Positions 1 to 9,632 of a DNA stretch of 64,000 nt are shown here, piece by piece (the first letter of the stretch is position 1; every line of letters begins with the position of its first letter). Source of the DNA: Tissierellales bacterium (GTDB taxonomy: Bacteria > Bacillota > Clostridia > Tissierellales > JASKZW01); NCBI GenBank assembly GCA_030152145.1, contig JASLIL010000018.1, positions 5,100 through 69,099 of the forward strand, read 5' to 3'. The notes beneath the pieces are model-generated. The model was not told the DNA's origin and made no database searches. It was given only the letters and a program-made list of their open reading frames with translations. The position numbers were made by a program, and so were the translations under genes.

Positions 1-2288
1 AGATCGTAGATGCAACTTATAAAAAATACGAAGGTGCAGTTTCCACACCAGAACTTAGAGGATTGGTGCTTAAGGAGATTATGTCCAATAAGAAGTTGTG
101 TATTAATGATGGAGAACTAATAGTGGGTGAAAGAGGAGAGGCACCAGCTGCAACTCCAACCTATCCAGAGCTATGCTGTCACACAGTTGAAGATATGGAA
201 ATAATGAACAAGAGAGAGAAGATTTCCTTTAAAGTTAGGGACGAAGACATGAAGCTTCAAGAAGAAACTATAATTCCTTACTGGGAAAAAAGATCTATGA
301 GACACCATATTCTAGAAAATATGACAGACCAGTGGAAGGACTGCTACTATGCAGGTATATTCACTGAGTTCATGGAACAAAGAGGACCAGGACACACTGT
401 AGCCGATAAAAAAGTTTTTGAAAATGGTTTTGAGGACTTCCAAAAGAGAATTCATGAAGAAATAGAAAATCTTGATTACCTTAATGATGATAGGGCTCTA
501 GATAAGCTTAACCAATTAAAGGGTATGAGCATTGCTTGTGATGCAGTTATGATATTGGGAGACAGATACTCAGAATATGCTAAGGAGCTAGCAGAAAAAG
601 AAAGTGATCCAAAAAGAAAAGAAGAGCTTCTAGAAATATCAGAGGTTTGTGCCCATGTACCAAGAAAGGCTCCAAGAACTTTCAGAGAAGCCCTACAAAT
701 GTACTGGTTTGTACACCTATGTGTAATTACAGAGTTAAATCCATGGGATTCATTTAACCCAGGAAGACTGGACCAGCACTTAAATCCTTTCTATGAAAAG
801 GAAACTTCTGAGGGAACTTTAAGTCGTGAAGAAGCAGAAGAACTACTGCAATGTTTCTGGGTGAAGTTTAACAACCAACCAGCTCCTCCAAAAGTAGGAG
901 TTACCCTAAAGGAAAGTGGAACTTATACAGACTTTGCCAATATAAACAGTGGTGGTTTAAAAACAGATGGTACTGATGGTGTAAACGAAGTTAGCTACTT
1001 GGTTTTAGATGTTATAGATGAAATGAAGCTTCTTCAACCAAGCTCAAATGTTCAAATCAGCAAGAAGACTCCACAAAAATTCTTAAAAAGAGCCTTAAAG
1101 ATAGTTAGAAAGGGTTGGGGTCAACCATCAATCTTCAATACAGATACTGTAATTCAAGAGATGTTAAGGGCAGGAAAATCTATAGAAGACGCAAGAGATG
1201 GCGGTAACTCAGGCTGTGTTGAAACAGGTGCTTTTGGTAAGGAATCATTTATCCTAACAGGATATTTTAACCTTCCAAAGGTTTTAGAAATAACCCTAAA
1301 TAATGGACTAGATCCTATTAGTGGAAAGCAATTAGGTATAAAGACTGGTGATCCAAGAGACTTTGAAACTTATGATGAATTATTTGAAGCTTTCAAGGCT
1401 CAGATGGAACACTTTATAGATATAAAGGTTAGAGGTAACAGAGTAATTGAAAGACTTTATGCTACTAAGATGCCAGTACCTTTCCTATCAGTTATAATTG
1501 ATGACTGTATATCAGAAGGAAAGGATTACAATGCAGGTGGTGCAAGATATAACACAAGCTATATCCAAGGTGTTGGTATAGGTAATATTACTGACGCTCT
1601 TTCAAGTATTAAATACAATGTATTTGATGAAAAGAAGGTAAGTATGGATGAGCTTCTAAAGGCTGTAGAGGCTAATTTTGAAGGCTATGAAGAATTACAC
1701 TACCAAGTAACTAGAAAAACTCCTAAGTATGGTAATGATGATGACTATGCTGATACTATAATGCAGGATGTCTTCAATGCCTACTATGACGAGGTTACAG
1801 GTAGACCAAATGGTAAGGGCGGAGTTCATAGAATAAATATGCTACCTACAACCTGCCATGTTTACTTTGGATCAGTTATAGGAGCTACTACAGATGGTAG
1901 ACTGGCTCACTTACCACTAGCAGATGGTATTTCACCTTCAAAAGGAGCAGATACTTCAGGACCTACAGGAGTTATTAAATCAGCTTCAAAGATGGACCAC
2001 ATTAAGACTGGTGGAACCTTATTAAATCAAAAGTTTACACCTTCTATAGTAGCTGGTGAAGATGGACTAGATAACCTGGCTCACTTTGTTAGGGCTTATT
2101 TCACTATGGATGGTCACCATATTCAGTTTAATATTATAGACAGGGATACACTTTTAGATGCTCAAGAAAATCCAGATGACTATAAGAATTTAATTGTTAG
2201 GGTAGCAGGCTATAGTGATTATTTTGGAAACCTAGACAAGGCTTTACAAGATGAAATCATAGCAAGAACAGAACAAACTTTTGAGTAA
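1..2288 (+). CDS. hypD: glycyl radical enzyme, probable trans-4-hydroxy-L-proline dehydratase (5' end outside window)
   Basis: The reading frame is open from nt 3 to the window edge, so the track Met at 63 is internal. It has the C-terminal glycyl-radical motif RVAGYSDYF and the GCVE Cys/Glu loop typical of dehydratase-type GREs. The implied size is above 760 aa. proC follows directly, as in characterised HypD loci. Confidence 0.75.
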   Translation, partial: IVDATYKKYEGAVSTPELRGLVLKEIMSNKKLCINDGELIVGERGEAPAATPTYPELCCHTVEDMEIMNKREKISFKVRDEDMKLQEETIIPYWEKRSMRHHILENMTDQWKDCYYAGIFTEFMEQRGPGHTVADKKVFENGFEDFQKRIHEEIENLDYLNDDRALDKLNQLKGMSIACDAVMILGDRYSEYAKELAEKESDPKRKEELLEISEVCAHVPRKAPRTFREALQMYWFVHLCVITELNPWDSFNPGRLDQHLNPFYEKETSEGTLSREEAEELLQCFWVKFNNQPAPPKVGVTLKESGTYTDFANINSGGLKTDGTDGVNEVSYLVLDVIDEMKLLQPSSNVQISKKTPQKFLKRALKIVRKGWGQPSIFNTDTVIQEMLRAGKSIEDARDGGNSGCVETGAFGKESFILTGYFNLPKVLEITLNNGLDPISGKQLGIKTGDPRDFETYDELFEAFKAQMEHFIDIKVRGNRVIERLYATKMPVPFLSVIIDDCISEGKDYNAGGARYNTSYIQGVGIGNITDALSSIKYNVFDEKKVSMDELLKAVEANFEGYEELHYQVTRKTPKYGNDDDYADTIMQDVFNAYYDEVTGRPNGKGGVHRINMLPTTCHVYFGSVIGATTDGRLAHLPLADGISPSKGADTSGPTGVIKSASKMDHIKTGGTLLNQKFTPSIVAGEDGLDNLAHFVRAYFTMDGHHIQFNIIDRDTLLDAQENPDDYKNLIVRVAGYSDYFGNLDKALQDEIIARTEQTFE

Positions 2289-2335
2289 ATAAGATAATAA
2301 AATTTGAATAATTGAGTTAAAAGATTTATCATAAT

Positions 2336-2363
2336 AGAGAAGAGGACTCTGGTCTTCTTCTCT
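2336..2363 (+). terminator. stem-loop after the GRE gene (possible weak terminator)
   Basis: AGAGAAGAGGAC-tctg-GTCTTCTTCTCT forms a 12-bp stem with one G-U pair. The trailing sequence is only weakly T-rich. Confidence 0.45.
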
Positions 2364-2410
2364 ATATTCATAAGTTAAGGAATGTAGGATAAAAAAAGGA
2401 GGAATTACAA

Positions 2411-3217
2411 ATGAGTAAAACATTAGGTTTTATAGGTAATGGAAATATGGGTAGAGCTATGATAGGTGGTATAATCAATGCCAATCTATTTGCAGCAGAA
2501 GATATTATAGTTTCTGATATATTTGAAGAGGGATTAAAAGACGTACATAAGAAATTAGGTGTAAATGTTACAACAGACAATTGTGAGCTAGCAAAAAAAG
2601 CAGATATTATAGTTCTTTCAATTAAGCCTAACCTATATCCGATGATCATAAAGCAAATCAAGGATGCAGTTAAGGAAGATGCAATTATAGTTACAATAGC
2701 GGCAGGAAAAGCTATTGCTGATACAGAAGCTAACTTTGGCCGTCAAATGAAGGTAGTAAGAGTTATGCCTAACACTCCTGCCCTAGTAGGTGAAGGAATG
2801 TCAGCTCTATGCCCTAGTGAAGCAGTTACAGAGGAAGAGTTTAAGGTAATAGAAGATATGTTCAATAGCTTTGGTAAGGCTGAAAAAGTTCAAGAATACC
2901 TAATGGACGCTGTAACATCTGTAAGTGGATCATCACCAGCCTATGTATATATGTTTATAGAGGCTATGGCAGATGCAGCAGTACTAGACGGAATGCCAAG
3001 ACCACAGGCCTATAGATTTGCAGCTCAGGCAGTTTTAGGTTCAGCTAAAATGGTTTTAGAAACAGGAATGCACCCAGGTGTCCTAAAAGACATGGTTTCT
3101 TCACCAGCAGGAACAACTATAGAAGCTGTAGCTAAACTAGAGGAAAAAGGCTTTAGAGATGCTGTTATTTCAGCTATGAGAGCTTGTACTAAAAAGTCAC
3201 AGGAAATGTCTAAATAA
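2411..3217 (+). CDS. proC: pyrroline-5-carboxylate reductase
   Basis: 268 aa with an N-terminal Rossmann motif GFIGNGNMG and the conserved C-terminal SSPAGTTIE region of P5C reductases. An AAGGAGG RBS lies upstream. Confidence 0.9.
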   Translation: MSKTLGFIGNGNMGRAMIGGIINANLFAAEDIIVSDIFEEGLKDVHKKLGVNVTTDNCELAKKADIIVLSIKPNLYPMIIKQIKDAVKEDAIIVTIAAGKAIADTEANFGRQMKVVRVMPNTPALVGEGMSALCPSEAVTEEEFKVIEDMFNSFGKAEKVQEYLMDAVTSVSGSSPAYVYMFIEAMADAAVLDGMPRPQAYRFAAQAVLGSAKMVLETGMHPGVLKDMVSSPAGTTIEAVAKLEEKGFRDAVISAMRACTKKSQEMSK

Positions 3218-3291
3218 TTTTTATTTTGCAAAAACATTTTCACCATTGTGATATTTATGGTATAATTTACTTTAAAGGAGGCTAACTGGTC

Positions 3292-5076
3292 ATGAATGTG
3301 AATGAAAAAATAAAGGCACTAAGGAAACTAATGAAGGAAAAAGCTATAGATGCTTATATAGTTCCAACTTCAGATCCTCATCAAAGTGAATACCTAGCAG
3401 ACTACTATCAAACAAGAGTTTGGCTAACAGGATTCACAGGTTCAGCAGGTACTGCAGTTGTAACTGAAGATAAGGCTATACTTTGGACAGATGGTAGATA
3501 TTTTATTCAGGCAGCTAAAGAACTTGAAGGTTCAGAGTTTGAACTTTATAAGATAGGTATTCCAGGATACCCAACTTATAGTGAATGGTTAGCAGAAAAC
3601 TTAGATGATAAGTCTACTATTGGATTTGATGGAAAGAACTTCCCTCAAGCTGGTCTAGATACTCTAAAGGCAGCTATGGGAAGAAAGGAAATCAATTTCA
3701 ATATAGAAGATGATTTAATAGATCCTATATGGGAAGATAGGCTGGAGGAACCAAAGACAGATGCTTTTGTACATGAGTTAAAGTACACAGGTTATTCAGC
3801 AAAGGAAAAAATTGAACAGGTGAGAGAGCAACTTAAGAAAAAATCTGCTAGTCACACTGTTATAGGTAGCCTAGATGATATTGCTTGGCTTTATAATATT
3901 AGGGGAAGAGATGTAAGCTGTAACCCAGTGGTAATCTCCTATGCTATAGTATCCTTAGATGAGGCCTACCTATTTGTGAATGAAGAAAAGCTAGACCAGG
4001 AAGTAAGAAACCATTTAACTCAAAATGGAATTAAAATAGAGGATTATAGTAGGGTAAGAAACTTTTTAGAAGGAATTTCAAAGGAAAGTGTTGTTTACTT
4101 AAATCCAAACTTTGTAAATGCTTGGCTTTATGCTGGTATTCCAAGTGACTGCCACATAGTGAAAGGCTTAAACATTACAACAGAATTAAAGGCTATAAAA
4201 AATGAAACAGAGATAAAGAATCAAAAGAATGCCTATATTAGAGATGGAGTTGCCTTGGTTAAATTTTTCCACTGGCTAGATGAAACTGTTGGAAGAGAAA
4301 AGGTAACAGAAGTATCAGCAGCTGATAAGCTAGAGGACTTTAGGCGTGAAGGGGAACTTTTCGTAGAACCTAGTTTCAACACTATAGCAGGCTACAAGGC
4401 CAATGCTGCTATGATGCACTATAGAGCTACTGAAGAAGGTTCAAATGATGAACTTAAGGAAGAAGGTATGCTACTAGTTGACTCAGGCGGACAATATTTT
4501 GATGGTACTACAGATATAACAAGAACTATTATCCTAGGACCTATATCAGAAGAAGAGAAAAAAGACTTCACTTTAACATTTAAATCACATACAATGTTAT
4601 TAGATTCTAAATTCCTTTATGGGTCTACAGGTGAGAGGCTAGATGCAATTTGCCGTTATCCAATGTGGCAGGAAGGTTTAGACTATAAGTGTGGCACAGG
4701 TCATGGTGTAGGGTATTTCCTAAATGTTCATGAAGGACCTCATAGTATATCACCTAGACCAAATACAACTGTTCTAGAAGAAGGAATGATAGTTACCATA
4801 GAACCAGGAGTATACAAGGCTGGTCTGCATGGTGTAAGAATAGAGAATGATGTAGTAGTTAGAAAGGCCTTTGAGACAGAGCATGGAGGACAATTCATGG
4901 AATTTGAAGTAATTTCATTTGCTCCAATAGACTTAAGAGGTATAGAGGTTTCAATGTTAAATGAAAAAGAAAAAAAATGGTTAAATAACTACCACAAGGC
5001 AGTATATGAAAAGCTTGCACCTCACCTAGATAATGAGAGAAAAGCATGGCTTAAAAATGCAACTAGAGAGATTTAG
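3292..5076 (+). CDS. Xaa-Pro aminopeptidase (M24B, aminopeptidase P family)
   Basis: 594 aa with creatinase/prolidase-type N-domains and a pita-bread C-domain. Metal-ligand context is present: VDSGGQY..DITRT, HGVGYFLNVHEGP, EPGVY..IEN. Confidence 0.85.
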   Translation: MNVNEKIKALRKLMKEKAIDAYIVPTSDPHQSEYLADYYQTRVWLTGFTGSAGTAVVTEDKAILWTDGRYFIQAAKELEGSEFELYKIGIPGYPTYSEWLAENLDDKSTIGFDGKNFPQAGLDTLKAAMGRKEINFNIEDDLIDPIWEDRLEEPKTDAFVHELKYTGYSAKEKIEQVREQLKKKSASHTVIGSLDDIAWLYNIRGRDVSCNPVVISYAIVSLDEAYLFVNEEKLDQEVRNHLTQNGIKIEDYSRVRNFLEGISKESVVYLNPNFVNAWLYAGIPSDCHIVKGLNITTELKAIKNETEIKNQKNAYIRDGVALVKFFHWLDETVGREKVTEVSAADKLEDFRREGELFVEPSFNTIAGYKANAAMMHYRATEEGSNDELKEEGMLLVDSGGQYFDGTTDITRTIILGPISEEEKKDFTLTFKSHTMLLDSKFLYGSTGERLDAICRYPMWQEGLDYKCGTGHGVGYFLNVHEGPHSISPRPNTTVLEEGMIVTIEPGVYKAGLHGVRIENDVVVRKAFETEHGGQFMEFEVISFAPIDLRGIEVSMLNEKEKKWLNNYHKAVYEKLAPHLDNERKAWLKNATREI

Positions 5077-5086
5077 TTAGGTTGAA

Positions 5087-5118
5087 AAAGATTAGTCTAT
5101 TAATTTAGGCTAATCTTT
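5087..5118 (+). terminator. stem-loop after the aminopeptidase gene
   Basis: AAAGATTAG...CTAATCTTT gives a 9-bp stem with a 14-nt loop. There is no strong T tract. Confidence 0.45.
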
Positions 5119-5164
5119 ACCTATAACTTTGAAAAAGCTTGCTAGTAAAGGAATGGTGGTTTGA

Positions 5165-6559
5165 TTGGACTACAAAAGCATGATAGAATTGATGATAAAG
5201 CATTTAGACGAAGGTGTTATAGTAATAGATCATGATTTAAAAATCGTCTATTTCAACGAACCTTCAACATCCATTACAGGATATGACGTAGATAAAGCTA
5301 TAGGTAAGGATATATTTGAAGTATTTCCATCCTTAGACAGGAAAAGCAGTATTCTTTGTAAGGCCATACATAGTAAAGAACCTATTATTGATTACATACA
5401 GAACTATACAAATTGTGTTGGAAAGGAAGTCTCCATTTTAACTTCTACCATACCTATAGTAGAAGAAGGTGAAGTTAAGGGAGCTATAGAGATATTTAAA
5501 GACCTAACCCATGTCAGGGAATTATCAGAAAAGGTGCTTATGCTACAAAATACTCTATATGAGAAATCAAAAGATCAGGAAATATTTTTACCCAATGGAA
5601 CTCAATACACTATTAATGATATAATAAGTAAGAATGAAAGAATGGATGGGCTTAAGGAAAGAGTTCTGAAAATTTCAAATAGTAGCTCACCAGTATTCGT
5701 ATATGGAGAGACAGGTACAGGTAAGGAGCTTTTGGTACAGGGAATACACAATTCCAGTATCAGAAGGGAAAAGCCCTTTATAGCACAAAACTGTGGGGCC
5801 CTACCAGAAAATCTCTTAGAGAGTATTCTTTTTGGAACAGTACAGGGAAGCTTTACTGGAGCCAAGGACAAGCCAGGACTTTTTGAACTGGCAGATGGTG
5901 GGACATTATTTCTAGATGAAATCAATTCTATGGACATAAACTTACAAACCAAACTTCTTAGGGTTATAGAAAATGGTATAGTAAGAAGAATTGGTAGCAC
6001 AGAAACCAAGCATGTAGACGTTAGAATAATAGCAGCATCAAATGTAGAACCAGAATTACTACTAGAAGGAAATAAGTTAAGGGAAGACCTATATTACAGA
6101 CTAAATGTAATATACTTTGAACTACCACCACTAAGGGAAAGAAAGGAAGATATACCCTTACTGGTAAATAAATTTATAGATAAGTGTAATAAAAAGCTTC
6201 ATAAAAACATCAATGGTATAAGACCAGAGGTTTTAAGTTTGTTTGTAGAAAGAACTTGGTCAGGTAATGTAAGGGAACTTCAAAATGCCATAGAGTCATC
6301 CATGAACTTTGCAGAAGGAGACTATATAGAGCTGGAAGATCTAAACCTGCCAAGAGAAAGACAGACAGTAGATTCAGAAGATCTTGACTTTGAAAGTCTT
6401 GATTTTGATTTAAAGGACGCAGTTGAAAGGTATGAGATGGAAATTATAAAATCTGCCTTGATGAACACTGAAAACAACTGTGCTGCAGCTGCCAGGAAAC
6501 TAAATGTTCCAAAGCAGACCCTTCATGGAAAAATCAAACGCTATAAGATAATGTCTTAA
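5165..6559 (+). CDS. sigma-54-dependent transcriptional activator (PAS - AAA+ - Fis-type HTH)
   Basis: N-terminal PAS-like domain, Walker A GETGTGKE, the sigma-54 contact loop GSFTGA (a GAFTGA variant), ESILFG, and a C-terminal HTH (AAAARKLNVPKQTLHGKIKRY). The start is TTG, following GGTGG. Confidence 0.9.
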   Translation: MDYKSMIELMIKHLDEGVIVIDHDLKIVYFNEPSTSITGYDVDKAIGKDIFEVFPSLDRKSSILCKAIHSKEPIIDYIQNYTNCVGKEVSILTSTIPIVEEGEVKGAIEIFKDLTHVRELSEKVLMLQNTLYEKSKDQEIFLPNGTQYTINDIISKNERMDGLKERVLKISNSSSPVFVYGETGTGKELLVQGIHNSSIRREKPFIAQNCGALPENLLESILFGTVQGSFTGAKDKPGLFELADGGTLFLDEINSMDINLQTKLLRVIENGIVRRIGSTETKHVDVRIIAASNVEPELLLEGNKLREDLYYRLNVIYFELPPLRERKEDIPLLVNKFIDKCNKKLHKNINGIRPEVLSLFVERTWSGNVRELQNAIESSMNFAEGDYIELEDLNLPRERQTVDSEDLDFESLDFDLKDAVERYEMEIIKSALMNTENNCAAAARKLNVPKQTLHGKIKRYKIMS

Positions 6560-6590
6560 AAACGAGACGAAAAGTACCAAAAACAAGACG
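6558..6590 (+). promoter_or_regulatory. phased direct repeats, candidate enhancer (UAS) for the sigma-54 activator
   Basis: AAAAACGAGACG (6558-6569) and AAAAACAAGACG (6579-6590) match at 11 of 12 positions. Their starts are 21 bp apart (two helical turns), and they lie roughly 50-80 bp upstream of the -24 element. Confidence 0.4.
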
Positions 6591-6638
6591 GCATTAAGGT
6601 TAGCAAAAACAACTTGTGTATTTCACTGACTTACAAGT

Positions 6639-6654
6639 TGGCAAGCTAATTGCA
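6639..6654 (+). promoter_or_regulatory. sigma-54 (-24/-12) promoter
   Basis: TGGCAAGCTAATTGCA. The GG (6640-6641) and GC (6652-6653) have exactly the spacing of the TGGCACG-N4-TTGCW consensus. I found no good sigma-A promoter in 6560-6812. The activator gene lies immediately upstream. Confidence 0.8.
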
Positions 6655-6812
6655 ATATATATACTGTATAGATACAAACCAAGGAATATTTGAATAAGTT
6701 AGACTATTCAATATTGTTTGAAGATTACTTTAGTTTGAATTAAGTGAATATTTTAAATCTGTTCACTATTTCAATAAATAAAACACTTAAATAATTTTAG
6801 GGGGTAGGAAAC

Positions 6813-8579
6813 ATGAAGAAAAGGTACATTGCATTTCTGTTAATCCTAGTTCTATCAATGGGAGTTTTAGCAGGATGTGGCGGAAAAGACGCTGAAGAAC
6901 CAGCTAAACCAGAAACAACAGAAGATGGAGAAACAACAGAAGAAACATCAGAAGAAACTGAAGAAATGGACGCAGAGCAAAAGTTCGTATTTAGTGATAA
7001 CAGTGCGGTTTTAGGACTTAACCCATTATTAAACACAACTGGTCCAGATAACGGTGCACAAGATATCATTCTTGAAAGTTTAGTTAAAAAAGTTGCAGAC
7101 GAAGATGGACAACAATTCTTAAAGCCTGCAGTTGCAGAAAGCTGGGATGTAAGTGAAGATGGAAAAACTTACACATTCCACATAAGAGAAAATGCTAAAT
7201 GGCATGATGGAGAACCAATTACAGCAGATGACTTTGTATTTACTTTCAGAACTATGGCTACACCAGCTACTGGTTCAACAAATGCTTGGTTATTTGATGG
7301 TGTTATAGAAAACTTCGCAGAAGCTTTATATAATGATGGAGAAACTCCAGAGTATGACAAGCAACCAGAAGATATTGGAGTAACTGCTATAGATGAGAAA
7401 ACAGTTGAATTCCAATTAGAGAGACCATTCTCAGCATTCTTACAATTATTAAATGGTGCTAAACCAGTAAGACAAGATAAGTGGGAAGAATGGGGAGAAA
7501 CATATGGTTCATCAGTAGATAAAGTACTTATGAACGGACCTTTCATAGCTACTAGCTGGGACCAAGACGTTCAAATGACTTATGAAAAGAATCCAGAGTA
7601 TTGGGATGTAGAAAATATCAAGCTAGACAAAATGGAAAGAAAGGTTCTTAAAGAGCCAGCAACTTCAATCCAAGCACTTATTAGTGGAGAGATTGACGTA
7701 GTAGGAACAAATGATCCAGACTGGCAAGAATTGATAGAAGCTGAAGGAGATAGATTTAGACAAATAATAACTCCAGGTAACGGACCAGAGTTCTTAGGTT
7801 TAAACTGTCAAAATGAATACTTAGCTAACACTAAGATAAGACAAGCACTATCAATATCATATGATAGAGAGAAATACTTAGACGACCTAAGACATGGAAA
7901 AGGTGAAGCACTTTACTCAATGTGTCCAAAGGTTACTAACGTTGGAGATAAACTATACTCAGAAAGAGTAGATGGCAAAAACCAAATTGTTAAAATCTTA
8001 CAAGAAAAATATCCAGATCCAAAAGCACTTTTAGTAGAAGGATTAAAAGAAGCAGGATTTGATGAAGATCCAGCTAAAATGAAGGTAAGATATGCTACTC
8101 GTGGTACTACAGAGTACTCAAAAAAATCAGCTGAGTGGTTATTGCAAGAATGGCAAGAAAAACTTGGTATGACTATTACTATCGATATGATGGAATGGAA
8201 TATCATGTGGGATAAAGTGAATGAAGGAGATTATGATATCTCAACAGCTGGATGGGGACCATACTATAATGACCCAGCAGCATTATTAGAACTTTATCAT
8301 CCAGTAGATGGTTACTTCAACTCAACTAAATCAGGTTGGGAAGGGCCAGATGCAGACAAATTTGCTGAGTTACTAGACAAAGCAGGACAAACAGTAGATG
8401 ATCAAGAAAGAGCAGAGATGTTACTTGAAGCAGAAGAATTATTAGTAGGTACAGGAGTTATAATCCCAACATATGCAGGTGAATCATCAACATACATCGC
8501 TTCATATGTAAAAGGATATTACACAAACCCACATAGTTCATTAGACTATAGCAAGATTTACACTTCAGGTAGACCATAG
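6813..8579 (+). CDS. peptide ABC transporter substrate-binding lipoprotein (family 5, Opp/Dpp-like)
   Basis: Signal peptide with lipobox LAGC, followed by an acidic Glu/Thr-rich linker. The 588-aa size fits SBP family 5. It is the first gene of a 5-gene importer operon. Confidence 0.85.
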   Translation: MKKRYIAFLLILVLSMGVLAGCGGKDAEEPAKPETTEDGETTEETSEETEEMDAEQKFVFSDNSAVLGLNPLLNTTGPDNGAQDIILESLVKKVADEDGQQFLKPAVAESWDVSEDGKTYTFHIRENAKWHDGEPITADDFVFTFRTMATPATGSTNAWLFDGVIENFAEALYNDGETPEYDKQPEDIGVTAIDEKTVEFQLERPFSAFLQLLNGAKPVRQDKWEEWGETYGSSVDKVLMNGPFIATSWDQDVQMTYEKNPEYWDVENIKLDKMERKVLKEPATSIQALISGEIDVVGTNDPDWQELIEAEGDRFRQIITPGNGPEFLGLNCQNEYLANTKIRQALSISYDREKYLDDLRHGKGEALYSMCPKVTNVGDKLYSERVDGKNQIVKILQEKYPDPKALLVEGLKEAGFDEDPAKMKVRYATRGTTEYSKKSAEWLLQEWQEKLGMTITIDMMEWNIMWDKVNEGDYDISTAGWGPYYNDPAALLELYHPVDGYFNSTKSGWEGPDADKFAELLDKAGQTVDDQERAEMLLEAEELLVGTGVIIPTYAGESSTYIASYVKGYYTNPHSSLDYSKIYTSGRP

Positions 8580-8599
8580 GACATTTTTATGAACCTAAT

Positions 8600-8628
8600 G
8601 GCAAGATGTAGATTATCTACATCTTGCC
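8600..8628 (+). promoter_or_regulatory. intra-operon stem-loop between the SBP and permease genes
   Basis: GGCAAGATGTAGA-tta-TCTACATCTTGCC is a perfect 13-bp stem with no T tract after it. Confidence 0.6.
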
Positions 8629-8666
8629 TTATATAAAAGGTTAGCACCAAAGTAAGGAGGAGAAAG

Positions 8667-9596
8667 ATGTTTAAATTTATAGTAAAAAGAGTATTTTACT
8701 CATTAATTACACTATTCCTTATAATTACTGCTACATTCTTTTTAATAGCAGGAGCACCTGGAGATCCAATAGCTGCAAAAGCAGAACAAATGCCAGAACA
8801 AGCCCAAGCAGTAATAAAGGCAAAATATGGTTTGGATAAGCCCGTGGGTCAAAGATATGTAAAGTACATGAAGGACCTTATCACAACAGGAGATTTTGGT
8901 GAATCAATAGTATTCACAGGTAAATCAGCTAATGATGTTATTAGAGAAAATGCACCCATATCAGCTAAGATTGGTATAATTGCAGTTGTATTACAGTTTA
9001 TTATAGGAGTATTTTTAGGAATGGTTTCAGGATTAAATAGAGGAAAAGTCGGAGACCATGTTATCAGGGTATGTGTTGTATTAGCAATTTGTATTCCTGG
9101 ATTTGTATTCGCAGCATTATTACAATACTTTATAGCATTTAAGTGGAAGTTGCTTCCAGTATTTGGTTGGGGACAACTTAAGCACTATGTACTACCAGTA
9201 TTAGCCTATACTATAGGTGGTATTGCTTCATATACTAAGTATATGAGAAGTAGTATATTGTCAGTAGTAAATGAAGACTACATTATCACAGCTAAGGCAA
9301 AAGGTTGTTCAAAGAAGAGAATCATTAAAAAGCATATGTTTAGAAACTCAATGATTCCTATTGTAACAATGGTAGGACCTGCTATAGCGGGTATATTCGG
9401 TGGATCATTCGTAATTGAGAATATGTTTGGTATACCAGGATTAGGATCTTACTATATGAAAGCTGTAGGTGACAATGACTATACAATGGTTTTAGGATTA
9501 ACTGTATTCTTTGCAGCGCTTTACGTTGTATCATTAATATTCGTAGACATTGCATATGGAATAGTAGACCCAAGAATCAAGATAGCAGAAGACTAA
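8667..9596 (+). CDS. peptide ABC transporter permease (OppB/DppB-like)
   Basis: 309 aa and polytopic, with an EAA-type loop (KAKGCSKKRIIKKHMFRNS). Operon context supports the call. Confidence 0.85.
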   Translation: MFKFIVKRVFYSLITLFLIITATFFLIAGAPGDPIAAKAEQMPEQAQAVIKAKYGLDKPVGQRYVKYMKDLITTGDFGESIVFTGKSANDVIRENAPISAKIGIIAVVLQFIIGVFLGMVSGLNRGKVGDHVIRVCVVLAICIPGFVFAALLQYFIAFKWKLLPVFGWGQLKHYVLPVLAYTIGGIASYTKYMRSSILSVVNEDYIITAKAKGCSKKRIIKKHMFRNSMIPIVTMVGPAIAGIFGGSFVIENMFGIPGLGSYYMKAVGDNDYTMVLGLTVFFAALYVVSLIFVDIAYGIVDPRIKIAED

Positions 9597-9632
9597 AACT
9601 ATTAGCACACACTTAAGTTAGGAGGTTAATAT

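Noticed and set aside
2368-2661. Antisense and shadow ORFs in the six-frame track. Examples: 2368-2661(-), 3025-3246(-), 5602-6009(-), 6797-7069(-), 7169-7546(-), 10247-10820(-), 23160-24934(-), 28806-29309(-), 31183-32155(-), 33381-33707(-), 38617-39171(+), 49796-50488(+), 57290-57970(-), 59676-60147(-).
   Set aside because: Each lies entirely opposite or overlapping a well-supported gene. Their translations are low-complexity and Ser/Leu/Ile-rich, as expected from the antisense of AT-rich coding DNA. None has a convincing RBS or a recognisable motif.
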